Source: Thermoanaerobaculia bacterium
GTDB taxonomy: Bacteria; Acidobacteriota; Thermoanaerobaculia; Multivoradales; Multivoraceae
Reading direction: 5' to 3'
Length of the DNA: 64,000 nucleotides
Assembly (NCBI GenBank): GCA_963664405.1
Contig: OY761158.1
Location: forward strand, 1 to 64,000
In this document: piece by piece, positions 32,006-41,269 of the stretch
How positions within the stretch are numbered: the first letter of the stretch is position 1
How the letters are laid out: each line of letters begins with the position of its first letter
Made by a program: the position numbers and the translations under genes
Notes under the pieces: generated by a model
The model's database searches: none
Seen by the model: only the letters and a program-made list of their open reading frames with translations
What the model was told of the DNA's origin: nothing

Positions 32006-34684
32006 TCACAAGCCCCCCTCGGAGAACATCTCGAGCACCTTGGCCCGCCAGTTCTGGACCAAGACTAGACGCTCCTCCTCGTCCTCTGCCGCCTGGATCA
32101 TGAGAAAGCGACCGTCGGGGTGGACGGCGTAGTTCTGGAAGCGCAAGCGCCCTCTCAAGCGCAGGTAATCATCCTCGAAGAGTGGCTCGGGACGGCGGGT
32201 GACGAGATCCTCGCCGGAGATCTCGACCGGAATCGTCATCATGTGGGTCGGGCTGCGGTAGAGGATCTCGCTGCCTTCGGGGGAGAAGCTCGCCTCCTGG
32301 CCGCCGTCGGAGGTGAGCTGACGCGGCTCGCCGGGACCGGGGAAGGGCCGGATCCAGACGTTCTCCTCGCCCTGAACGACCATCGAGTAGGCGATCCAAC
32401 GTCCGGCGGGGTGAAAGCGGGCGGCGCGGACCACGTTCCCCTCGAGGAGGGTCTCGGACTCCCCGCTCTCCCGGTCGAAGACCCAGAGTCCAGGGAAATC
32501 GAAGTTCGTGTAGAGCATGTAGCGCCCGTCCGGGGAAAAATCCAGCGGTGCCTGTTCGTGCTCCGACGGTACGAGACGCTCCGCCGGGGCAGTCCGATCG
32601 TCAGGCTGGATGTAGATCTGAAAGCGCCCCTCGAAGCGATCCGACATGAAGACGATCTCCTGGCCGTCGGGCGGCACCCACATCGCGACACTGTTGCGAT
32701 TCCCCTCCTGGGTCGGGCGGGTCCAGGAGCCGGTCCCGAGGTCGAGCATCCACTGCTCGTAGTCCCCCCTGGCGTTGCGGGCTGGGACCGCGATCCGGCG
32801 CCAGTCCAGGGAGTATCGCGGGAGCGCGAAAGGCTTGCGCTCCGGCGCCACCTCCTCGATGTCCAGGCCGTCGCGACTCACCCAGACCAGGCGGGCCCCA
32901 CTCCGACTCCCGAGAACGTAGAGCAGGTCGCCCGAGTCTGCGAGCGCGAAGCGGCCCACATCGACGCCAATGCCGGGGACCGGGGCCACCCCGGTCTCGA
33001 CCTGACGCGCTGGGCCGAGGAGGTCGGCGGTCTCGGGATCGATCGGCGCCACCCACAGTCCGCCTTCGCGATAGAAGACCAAAAAACCCGGATCGAGATA
33101 GAACGGCTGCGCCCCAGGGACCAGAACCCGTTCCTGGCCAGTCTCGAGGTCCACCGCCCGAACATCGCTCCAGAAGCCCTCCTGACGCTCGTATCTCAAG
33201 TGGGCCAGGGCGACCCGCTCACCAGGCAGAAGCGCGGTGCCGATGCCATGCCCCACCTGCTCGGAGACACCCCCGTCCGCCGGAATCCGCCATAGCTCGA
33301 GAGACGTGGAGCTCCCTATGCCAAGCGAGTAGTAGAGGAAGCCATCGCGCCCCCAGACACCGTCTACGCGGATCCCTTCCACCAGAACGTTGGCGCCTCC
33401 ACCCCCCACGGGAAGCGTCTTCAGACTGCCCCCGGCGTCCACGAAGGCAAGCTGCTGGCCGTCGGGCGAGATGATCGGGAAGAGGGCACCGTCGCTGCCG
33501 GAGATGCGCTCGACGACCAGGGAGTCGAGAGAGCGCCGGTAGAGGCTGGTCTCGGCTTCCTCGCGACGGCGGAAGACCACCATCCGACCGTCCGGAGAGA
33601 GCACGAAGGGCTGATCCGGAGCTGCCTCGAGATCGAGAGCCGTGACCGTCCAGGTGTCGTCCGGCACGGTGCCGTCGGATCCATCGCTTCCATCCCGGAA
33701 CATGACGATGCCGAAGACAAGACCCACCACCAGAGCGATGAGGGCGACTGCTCCGCCGAGGACCGCCGATACCTGACGCCGGGCTGGTGCCGCCTCGCCA
33801 CCGGCTGGCGCGTCGATGTCCGGCTGGTCGAGCACCCCTCGGATCTCGATCCGAACGTCGGCGATGTCGTGAAGGCGCTCCCGCGGATCCTTCGTCAAAC
33901 ACCGTCGGAGCAGTCTCCTGATCGCTCTCGGCGTCGCCGGGGGGAGCTTGCCCCAGTCGATCTCCGCTCTGAGCACCGCTGCCAGCGTGTCGGCGGCATC
34001 GTCGCCGCGGAACGCCCTCGATCCCGTCAGCGTCTCGTAGAGACACACGCCGAAGGCCCAGACGTCGGCCCTTCTATCGACCTCTTTCCCCTTGGCTTGC
34101 TCGGGCGACATGTAGGCCGCCGTGCCGAGAATCTGGCCCCCGAGCGTGGCCGCTTGGGTCAGCGTGGGCGATTCCGAAGGGTCGCTCTCCGGGCCCGTTG
34201 CCGGAGCCATTGCCTTGGCCAGACCGAAGTCAAGAATCTTGACGTTGCCGTCGTCGGTGACCTTGATGTTCGCGGGTTTGAGATCCCGGTGGATCACTCC
34301 CTTCTCGTGCGCTGCCTCAAGCCCCTCGGCGATTTGGAGAAACAGAGGGATCGCCTCGTCGACGGGAATCGGGCCGTGAGCAATCCGATCGGCCAGAGTC
34401 TCGCCCTCGACCAGTTCCATGACCAGGAAGCCCGTGTCACCTTCCCGCTCGAAGGCGTGGAGGCTGGCGATGTTCTTGTGGTTGAGCGAGGCGAGAACTC
34501 GCGCCTCGCGCTCGAAGCGGGATAGACGCTCCGGATTGGCGGAGACCTCTTCGAGTAGAAGCTTGAGCGCGACTTCGCGACCGAGCTTCGTGTCCTTGGC
34601 TCGATACACTTCTCCCATGCCTCCTGCACCTAGCGAGGAGACCACTTCGTAGTGGCCGAGGCGAGTGCCAGCTTCTAGAGCCAT
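32006..34684 (-). CDS. Ser/Thr kinase-TM-TolB-like propeller protein
   Basis: Full set of kinase motifs, TM segment, divergent propeller repeats. Confidence 0.95.
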   Translation of the reverse strand: MALEAGTRLGHYEVVSSLGAGGMGEVYRAKDTKLGREVALKLLLEEVSANPERLSRFEREARVLASLNHKNIASLHAFEREGDTGFLVMELVEGETLADRIAHGPIPVDEAIPLFLQIAEGLEAAHEKGVIHRDLKPANIKVTDDGNVKILDFGLAKAMAPATGPESDPSESPTLTQAATLGGQILGTAAYMSPEQAKGKEVDRRADVWAFGVCLYETLTGSRAFRGDDAADTLAAVLRAEIDWGKLPPATPRAIRRLLRRCLTKDPRERLHDIADVRIEIRGVLDQPDIDAPAGGEAAPARRQVSAVLGGAVALIALVVGLVFGIVMFRDGSDGSDGTVPDDTWTVTALDLEAAPDQPFVLSPDGRMVVFRRREEAETSLYRRSLDSLVVERISGSDGALFPIISPDGQQLAFVDAGGSLKTLPVGGGGANVLVEGIRVDGVWGRDGFLYYSLGIGSSTSLELWRIPADGGVSEQVGHGIGTALLPGERVALAHLRYERQEGFWSDVRAVDLETGQERVLVPGAQPFYLDPGFLVFYREGGLWVAPIDPETADLLGPARQVETGVAPVPGIGVDVGRFALADSGDLLYVLGSRSGARLVWVSRDGLDIEEVAPERKPFALPRYSLDWRRIAVPARNARGDYEQWMLDLGTGSWTRPTQEGNRNSVAMWVPPDGQEIVFMSDRFEGRFQIYIQPDDRTAPAERLVPSEHEQAPLDFSPDGRYMLYTNFDFPGLWVFDRESGESETLLEGNVVRAARFHPAGRWIAYSMVVQGEENVWIRPFPGPGEPRQLTSDGGQEASFSPEGSEILYRSPTHMMTIPVEISGEDLVTRRPEPLFEDDYLRLRGRLRFQNYAVHPDGRFLMIQAAEDEEERLVLVQNWRAKVLEMFSEGGL

Positions 34685-34744
34685 TGACTTGGCGACATCA
34701 TACCCGTCGCCCGGGGGATCAGCGGCTCAGAGCTCGATCTGTGC

Positions 34745-34771
34745 TGTCGCACCTCACCGAATTTCACGACA
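34745..34771 (+). repeat. Dyad site, type A
   Basis: TGTCG cacct CACC gaatttca CGACA. Confidence 0.9.
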
Positions 34772-34949
34772 ACCCCTCGTCGGAGATACTTGAACGAAGG
34801 CCGCTACGCGGCAGTCTCGGAATCCGGATCGAAGACGGACGGATACTCCGGCACGGTGGGATCTAGCTTGAGCTAGTCAAGGTCTAGGAAAGTCTCCATC
34901 CTCTTGGTTTGGCGTCAATGCCGACGCCTGCAACGAGGAGGACCCTGTC

Positions 34950-35810
34950 ATGGGTGCACTGAGAGATCGGATGGAGACGGACATGAAGCTGCACGACTTT
35001 CGACCGGCGACCCAATCGCAGTACTTGCACTGCGTGCGCCGGCTGGCGAAGCACTACGGGCGCTCGCCCGATGAGCTGTGCGAAGAGGAGGTGCGCAGTT
35101 TCCTGCTCTACCTACGCGAGGACCGTGCTTTGAGCTCGGCGAGTATCAGCACCTACACGGCGGCGCTGAAGTTCTTCTACGGGATCACCCTTCACCGCGA
35201 GGAGATGGTGCCCTCGTTAGGCGCTCCGAAGGTGCGCAGGCAGCTTCCGGTCATCCTCTCTGGCACCGAGGTCGCGGCGGTGCTTGGCGCGATCCGCTCG
35301 CACGAGCTGCGTACGTTGGCCACGGTTCTGTACGCTTCGGGCCTGCGCATCAGCGAAGCGTGCGCGCTGGAGGTGTCAGACATCGACTCCGAGCGCATGC
35401 TGATCCATGTGCGCGACGGTAAGGGCGGCCGCGACCGCTTCGCCCTTCTCAGCCCGCAGCTGCTCAAGGTGCTGCGTCGATACTTCCGCAAAGAGCGCCC
35501 CGAGCCGCCCTATCTGTTTCCCGCTCCGCGCTCCGGCAAGACGTTGCGCCCCGACACGGTGCGTAAGAGCCTGCATCGGGCGGCTTTGCGCTGCGGGATT
35601 GTCAAGCGTGTGACCCCACACCTGCTGCGTCACTGCTTTGGCGCCCACATGCTGGAACTGGGCACTGATATCCGTGTGCTGCAGGCGCTGTTGGGTCACC
35701 GCTCGATCCGCACGACCCAGCTGTACGTACAGGTCTCCACCCAGCTGATCGCGCGCACCCCAAGCCCGTTGGACCTGCTCGGCACTCCCGCGGGCAAGGT
35801 CCTCGGATAA
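34950..35810 (+). CDS. Tyrosine recombinase/integrase
   Basis: YASGLRISE, GKGGRDR, HLLRH, LGH, TTQLY catalytic motifs. Confidence 0.95.
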   Translation: MGALRDRMETDMKLHDFRPATQSQYLHCVRRLAKHYGRSPDELCEEEVRSFLLYLREDRALSSASISTYTAALKFFYGITLHREEMVPSLGAPKVRRQLPVILSGTEVAAVLGAIRSHELRTLATVLYASGLRISEACALEVSDIDSERMLIHVRDGKGGRDRFALLSPQLLKVLRRYFRKERPEPPYLFPAPRSGKTLRPDTVRKSLHRAALRCGIVKRVTPHLLRHCFGAHMLELGTDIRVLQALLGHRSIRTTQLYVQVSTQLIARTPSPLDLLGTPAGKVLG

Positions 35811-35828
35811 CCGCGCGCTACAGCAACC

Positions 35829-37055
35829 GTGCACCCCCAGCAGGGGTGCGCTCGGCAGCTCGACCGCAAAGCGGGTCGGTCTCGCTATGACCTGGGCGAG
35901 ATCTTCCGGGCGCACATCGACGCCTTCCGTGACCGCCACTTCTTGAGTCCTTTACAGGCTCAGGTGGTGCGGGCGATCTGTGCCTGCCGCACCGCGCAGC
36001 TGGGCGGGCATCTGGACGTGTGTCGGGACTGCGGCTATAGGCGCCCTGCGTATAACTCATGCCGGAATCGTCACTGCCCCAAGTGCCAGGCGCTGGATCA
36101 GCACCGTTGGCTCGAGCGGCGCCTGTCTCGCATTCTCCCGGTCGGCTACTTTCACGTCGTCTTCACCCTGCCGGGGGAGCTCGCCTCAGTGGGTCTGCGC
36201 AACCGCCGCCTTGTCTACGAGCTGCTCTTCCGAGCCGCGGCGGAAACGCTTCTGACCCTCGGCAAGGATCCCCAACGGCTCGGAGCCCTGCTCGGCATCA
36301 CGATGGTGCTGCACACCTGGACTCGGGACCTGCGTTTCCACCCCCATATCCACGCCATCGTCACCGGCGGAGGACTCAGCCTCGACGGACGGCGGTGGCT
36401 CTCGACGGGCGAGAAGTATCTGTTTGCCGTCAAGCTTCTGGGGAGGCTGTACCGCGGTAAGTTTCTCGGCCACCTGGCCCGTGCCTACAAAGACGGACAG
36501 CTCGACCTGCCACGAGATCTGGCCGAGGACGGTGGCTTCGATCGCCTGCTGTCGAAGCTCTACGCCAAGGACTTCATCGTCTACGCCAAGCGTCCCTTCG
36601 CCGGTGCGCAGCAGGTCTTCTCCTACCTGGGCCGCTATACCCATCGAGTCGCACTGTCCAACCACAGAATCCTCAACGTCACGGAGCAGGCCATCACCCT
36701 CGCCACGCGCGATGGCAAGACCGTGACGCTCTCTCCCGAGGAGCTCATCCGCCACTTTGTGCTGCACGTCCTGCCCCGACGATTCCAAAAGATTCGCCAC
36801 TATGGACTCATGGCCTCGGCCAACGTCCACTCTCGCCTCGAGCGAGCCCGCGCTCTGCTCGAGTCCACCGCCACAGCGACCCAGGCCGAAACCTCCCACC
36901 CCATCCCCATCGAGTCGGAAACCACAAACGAGCTCCTCCAACGCCTCACCGGCATCGACCTCGCGATCTGTCCCGCCTGCCAAGGTCCCCGCCTCCAACG
37001 TTTCCCCCTCGACCCTCCTGCCTACGCCCGGCCTCCACCGGTGGCGGCCGCGTGA
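35829..37055 (+). CDS. IS91-family transposase
   Basis: NSCRNRHCPKCQ zinc domain, HPHIH HUH motif, YLGRY. Confidence 0.95.
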   Translation: MHPQQGCARQLDRKAGRSRYDLGEIFRAHIDAFRDRHFLSPLQAQVVRAICACRTAQLGGHLDVCRDCGYRRPAYNSCRNRHCPKCQALDQHRWLERRLSRILPVGYFHVVFTLPGELASVGLRNRRLVYELLFRAAAETLLTLGKDPQRLGALLGITMVLHTWTRDLRFHPHIHAIVTGGGLSLDGRRWLSTGEKYLFAVKLLGRLYRGKFLGHLARAYKDGQLDLPRDLAEDGGFDRLLSKLYAKDFIVYAKRPFAGAQQVFSYLGRYTHRVALSNHRILNVTEQAITLATRDGKTVTLSPEELIRHFVLHVLPRRFQKIRHYGLMASANVHSRLERARALLESTATATQAETSHPIPIESETTNELLQRLTGIDLAICPACQGPRLQRFPLDPPAYARPPPVAAA

Positions 37056-37409
37056 TCCCACGCCTTTCTCTTCCCGCGCTCCCGGTCCCGCCGCGGACAA
37101 GGCGGAGGTGTGCCCGCGGTGGCTCCGAACCCAAAATCGAGACGCCGGTGGACCTCCCAGGGGCCGCGCAGGCGCCTGACCGCAACCCAGTGCACCTCTG
37201 GAACTACCTCACAACCCTCGACCTGGGGCGCGTCGCGCGCAGCACAGCCTGCCAACGAGGCTGATAACCCCATACACAACCGCTCGTCTGGCGGCCTCCG
37301 CTCAAGCCAGGTCTAGCAGAATCCCGCTCGGGTAGATCCGCGCGACGACGAACCTCCTGCCTCGCGGGACTCTGCGAGATCCTTCTCCTTATCTGCTTTC
37401 GGCTATACG

Positions 37410-37436
37410 TGTCGTCCTCCGCCAGATAAGGCGACA
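37410..37436 (+). repeat. Dyad site, type B
   Basis: TGTCG tcctc CGCC agataagg CGACA preceded by the conserved TTTCGGCTATAC flank. Confidence 0.9.
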
Positions 37437-37462
37437 GCACGGCGCAGGCGTCAAGAATCCTT

Positions 37463-38440
37463 TCAATAGTCCTCGCCAGAGGGAGAGAGCCTCGATGCTT
37501 CCGCCTGTCCGCCACGCAGTATGGTCGGCATGCTGTAGTTGCCCTCGTGACAGGCGAACTCGAAGATCGGTACATCATGGCGCGTCATCGAAAACTCGCC
37601 GGTCCAAGCCTGGGTGTACAACTCGTCATCCTCGACGGTGAATCGGTAGAGCAATTCGCGGTCGGAGACCCGCGTGAAACGCTCGGTTAGCCTAGTCTTC
37701 GGGCCGATCAGGAGCGCTCGACCGAAGACTTCCCGAGCTGGATCTTCGCCGCGGAAGTGAGTCGTTTCCACCACGAGAGTGTCGCCCTCCCAGCGGCCCC
37801 TCGAGTAGCCGTCAAGGCTCCGCAGCGAGTCAGACGGTGGCGCACCTTGGAGGTGGATCAAACGAAGCCCGACAGCGTCCTCGGTCAGGATCACGAAGGT
37901 GTCGCGAGATTGGAAGATCTGGTGAGGTACGAAGAGAGGAGCCGCACGAATGGGCGGAGATCCCCAACCCTCCAGGCAGCGCTCGGCGAGCGGCCGCTGA
38001 TCGGCGCTGTCGAACATGTGCTCCCTGCGCCGCTGCGCCCAGTCAACGAGTTCCAACCCGACCTCGCTCAGGGGCATCTTCCCGTCCTCTGGCTCGACGA
38101 TCACCGACGTGCGGTACTCGCCTAGGACCTGTGCGAGGTTCACAATGCCGTGGTTCTCAATATCGGAATCGATGTTGTCGGGCAGGCCGTTCAAGAAGAC
38201 TGCCGCGATCGCTTTCGCGTCCTCCGGGGTCGCGATCAAGTTCTCGACGCCCTCGGGCCTTTCGAGCGTGGTCGCGAAGTCGGGTGCCCAGACACCCTGG
38301 AAGTCGGGTTGGTCGTAGGCCGTCCTGGGAACTACGTAGGGGTTCGAAGACTGGGCGACAGTTCCAGCAGGGGCACCCACGAGGACCAGGAGGGAGAGAG
38401 TCGCTCGGAGATAGATCAGGTCCCTACTTGATTCAGCCAT
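37463..38440 (-). CDS. Secreted hypothetical protein (PRTxxxxPD ... GRWEGDTLVVETT ... FACHEGNY family)
   Basis: Signal peptide and conserved motifs; homolog of the fragment at 3904. Confidence 0.8.
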   Translation of the reverse strand: MAESSRDLIYLRATLSLLVLVGAPAGTVAQSSNPYVVPRTAYDQPDFQGVWAPDFATTLERPEGVENLIATPEDAKAIAAVFLNGLPDNIDSDIENHGIVNLAQVLGEYRTSVIVEPEDGKMPLSEVGLELVDWAQRRREHMFDSADQRPLAERCLEGWGSPPIRAAPLFVPHQIFQSRDTFVILTEDAVGLRLIHLQGAPPSDSLRSLDGYSRGRWEGDTLVVETTHFRGEDPAREVFGRALLIGPKTRLTERFTRVSDRELLYRFTVEDDELYTQAWTGEFSMTRHDVPIFEFACHEGNYSMPTILRGGQAEASRLSPSGEDY

Positions 38441-38460
38441 TATCTGCCTTCGGTCATCCG

Positions 38461-38487
38461 TGTCGTCATTCGCCAGATAAGACGACA
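38461..38487 (+). repeat. Dyad site, type B
   Basis: TGTCG tcatt CGCC agataaga CGACA; 4 bp from the kinase stop. Confidence 0.9.
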
Positions 38488-38491
38488 TCCC

Positions 38492-41194
38492 TCAGTCGGT
38501 GGGGACGAGGCGCTTCAGCTCCTCGAACCAGTTCTCGATGATCGTGATCTGCGGCCTCACCTGTCCGGTTTCGCCGGTGGAGTCGGCCCCCAGCCCAGCC
38601 GCTTTGAGGAGCAGGAATCTGTCCTTCTCGGAGTCGTAATCCCAGGACACGCCAGGACCATTGACCACATCCAGATACCCTCCGTCGATCAGGACCTCCG
38701 GATCCTCATTCCAGAACGTGGGCCCTGTCTCGACCAAAGCGACCATGACCGCGCCGTCACTGTTTCGGCGAAAGAATAACTCCCGGCCGTCGTCCGACCA
38801 GCGAGGCGCGTGCCCACCGGCTGTCGAGACCTGACTGATGTCGCCGAGTCCGGGGTAGCGCTCCACAAACACCTCCGACTGGCCGTTCCTGTCCGACGAA
38901 TACGCGATCCATCCGCCATCGGGAGAGATGGCCGGATGGAGTTCGTCGGCCTCGGTCTCCAGCAGCGGTTCCCACTCGCCACTCTCCATCGCCATCGTCC
39001 CCACATTGGCTCCCTTGTCGACGCTGGTGTAACCGAAGATCAGCGTGGCCCCGTCATCGGCCCAGCTGTAAGGCATCAGAAAAGTGACTGTCTCGCCCTG
39101 CATCAGATGTTCGACCTGGCCGGACCCATCGGCCGCTATCTGGAAGAAGCCAAGCTGCCCGTCCACCCGCGTGGATGCGAACACGATCTCGCGGTCGCCT
39201 GGAGCATAGATCGGCACGTTTTCCATATCGGGGCTGTTGGTCAGGTTGGTGCGTGTCGGGGGATTTCGGTTCAGGTCCGAGGTCCATACATCCTGGTTCC
39301 CTGAGTTCGCGTCCCGGACGCTCATCGCCAGCCGCGTTCCGTCGGAGGACAGACGTGTCCACCAATAGTTGCCCGGTTCGAGACCCACTTCGTCCTCGTT
39401 CCCGTGCCGGTCCACCCAGACCAGCTCCCCACGCAGACCGGTCACGCCTGCACTGGCGTATATCAAAGTCCCATCCTCGGAGATCCCATAGTTGGCACTC
39501 GAAGAAACGACCGCCCTCTGGAGACCCAGCTCGAGCGACACGGCAGTACCGGTCGTTTCGAGCGTGCCCGGATCGAATCCAACCGCGAACAGGGCATCGT
39601 CCACCACATAGACGAGGTGCCCGGTCGGGATGTACCGGGCGTCACTACCGCCCCGCAGAACTGTTCGCTCTCCAGGGGAGTCGAGAGACTCGACAACGAT
39701 CTGCGCACTGGCCCAGCTGCCCGGTGCGCCGACCGTAAACAGGACGCTTCGACCATTGGGCAGGAGCTGGGGGCTGTCCAACGCCTCACCGGCTGAGGGC
39801 TCGATGATCCGTTCAGGGGACCCGCCGCTGGCGGCAACGCTATAGATTCCGTCGGGCGCTGCAAACAAAATCCTGTCGTCCTCACCCCAGGTGAGACCCC
39901 ACGGGCGAGGGGTTTGACCCACTCTGGAGGGACTCCCTCCTGTGATGGGGATCGTTTCGATCTGGGCGTTCCGCCAGAAGCCCACAGCCTGGCTGTCGGG
40001 CGAGAAGAACGGGCTCCCGCTATCTTCGGTTCGGGGCAGGGGCCGCGCATCCAGCTCGTTCATGGTCCGTACGTAGAGTCCATCGGTGGTCGCGAATGCG
40101 AAACGGCTTCCATCTCGTGCGATCGAGAGTGTGGAATAGAGTCCGTTCACGAAGTTCGTCCCTTCGGGCAGCTCGTAGACCCATCGGCGGACTGGGCGGG
40201 GATCGCCGGGTTTGAACATCCATGCGCCCACGCCGACGAGGGCGGCCACGAGCGCAATCGCGGCGACCCACGGCAACTTCTTCTGTGGAACTGTCTGGAC
40301 GATCGCGGGCGCCGGCTGTGCCAGCACGCCGCCGGGGTCGGCGAGAACCTTCTGGATATCCACCCTGACATCCCCGATATCGCGATATCGGTCCCGCACG
40401 TCCTTCTCGAGACAACGCTCGAGCACTTCTCGTAAACGCTCATGTAGCTGCGGAGGAAGGCCCATCCACTCCGGCTCCCCGCGTATGACGGCGGCGAGGA
40501 TATCGGTCACGTCGCTACCCGGAAACGCGGGGCGGCCGGAGAGCATCTCGTAGAGCACGCAGCCGAACGCCCAGACATCGGTACGCTTGTCGATGTCGCG
40601 CCCTCGGGTCTGTTCCGGGGACATGTAAGCGGCCGTCCCCAGGATCACCCCCTTCTGGGTTGCCTGCATGCTCAAGGTCGGCGAGTTCGACAGGTTGACG
40701 TCACTCTCGTCCCCAGAAAACGCCTTCGCCAGTCCGAAGTCGAGCACCTTGACCTTACCGTCGTCGGTCACTTTGATGTTCGCGGGCTTGAGGTCGCGAT
40801 GAATGACGCCTTTCTCGTGAGCAGCCTCTAGACCCTCGGCAATCTGGAGAAAGAGCGGCAGCGCCTCATCGACGGGTATCGCCCCTCGCTTGATCCGGTC
40901 GGCCAACGTCTCGCCCTCGACCAGCTCCATGACCAGGAAGCTGGTGTCGCCGTCCTTTTCGAAGCCGTGGAGCGTGGCGATGTTGTTGTGGTTCAGCGAG
41001 GCAAGGAGGCGGGCCTCGCGCTCGAAGCGGGCGAGCCGTTCAGGGTCGGTTGAGACCTCTTCCAAGAGGAGCTTGACCGCCACCTCACGACCGAGCTTCG
41101 TGTCGCGGGCACGGTAGACCTCTCCCATGCCTCCTGCACCGAGGGAGGAGACCACTTCATAGTGACCGAGCTTCGTACCTGCTTCTAGTGTCAT
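38492..41194 (-). CDS. Ser/Thr kinase-TM-TolB-like propeller protein
   Basis: Full set of kinase motifs; C-terminal NWFEELKRLVPTD. Confidence 0.95.
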   Translation of the reverse strand: MTLEAGTKLGHYEVVSSLGAGGMGEVYRARDTKLGREVAVKLLLEEVSTDPERLARFEREARLLASLNHNNIATLHGFEKDGDTSFLVMELVEGETLADRIKRGAIPVDEALPLFLQIAEGLEAAHEKGVIHRDLKPANIKVTDDGKVKVLDFGLAKAFSGDESDVNLSNSPTLSMQATQKGVILGTAAYMSPEQTRGRDIDKRTDVWAFGCVLYEMLSGRPAFPGSDVTDILAAVIRGEPEWMGLPPQLHERLREVLERCLEKDVRDRYRDIGDVRVDIQKVLADPGGVLAQPAPAIVQTVPQKKLPWVAAIALVAALVGVGAWMFKPGDPRPVRRWVYELPEGTNFVNGLYSTLSIARDGSRFAFATTDGLYVRTMNELDARPLPRTEDSGSPFFSPDSQAVGFWRNAQIETIPITGGSPSRVGQTPRPWGLTWGEDDRILFAAPDGIYSVAASGGSPERIIEPSAGEALDSPQLLPNGRSVLFTVGAPGSWASAQIVVESLDSPGERTVLRGGSDARYIPTGHLVYVVDDALFAVGFDPGTLETTGTAVSLELGLQRAVVSSSANYGISEDGTLIYASAGVTGLRGELVWVDRHGNEDEVGLEPGNYWWTRLSSDGTRLAMSVRDANSGNQDVWTSDLNRNPPTRTNLTNSPDMENVPIYAPGDREIVFASTRVDGQLGFFQIAADGSGQVEHLMQGETVTFLMPYSWADDGATLIFGYTSVDKGANVGTMAMESGEWEPLLETEADELHPAISPDGGWIAYSSDRNGQSEVFVERYPGLGDISQVSTAGGHAPRWSDDGRELFFRRNSDGAVMVALVETGPTFWNEDPEVLIDGGYLDVVNGPGVSWDYDSEKDRFLLLKAAGLGADSTGETGQVRPQITIIENWFEELKRLVPTD

Positions 41195-41242
41195 TCGATG
41201 AGCGCGATTCTACCCTTCGAGCTCAACCAGCTGGATTCGCGG

Positions 41243-41269
41243 TGTCGTCCTCCACCACGAAAGACGACA
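41243..41269 (+). repeat. Dyad site, type A
   Basis: TGTCG tcctc CACC acgaaaga CGACA; a variant TGTCG-N17-CGACA without the CRCC core follows at 41336-41362. Confidence 0.9.

Larger units (their letters stand above)
34790..37386 (+). mobile_element. IS91-related element carrying a tyrosine integrase and a Y2 transposase, copy 1 (2597 bp)
   Basis: Limits set by identity with the inverted copy: TTGAACGAAGG ... GCGAGATCCTTCT; no TIR or TSD. Confidence 0.9.

Noticed and set aside
18541-41194. Diversity-generating retroelement acting on the kinase C-termini
   Set aside because: No reverse transcriptase in the window, and the orphan tail at 21374 does not differ from paralog ends only at adenines.
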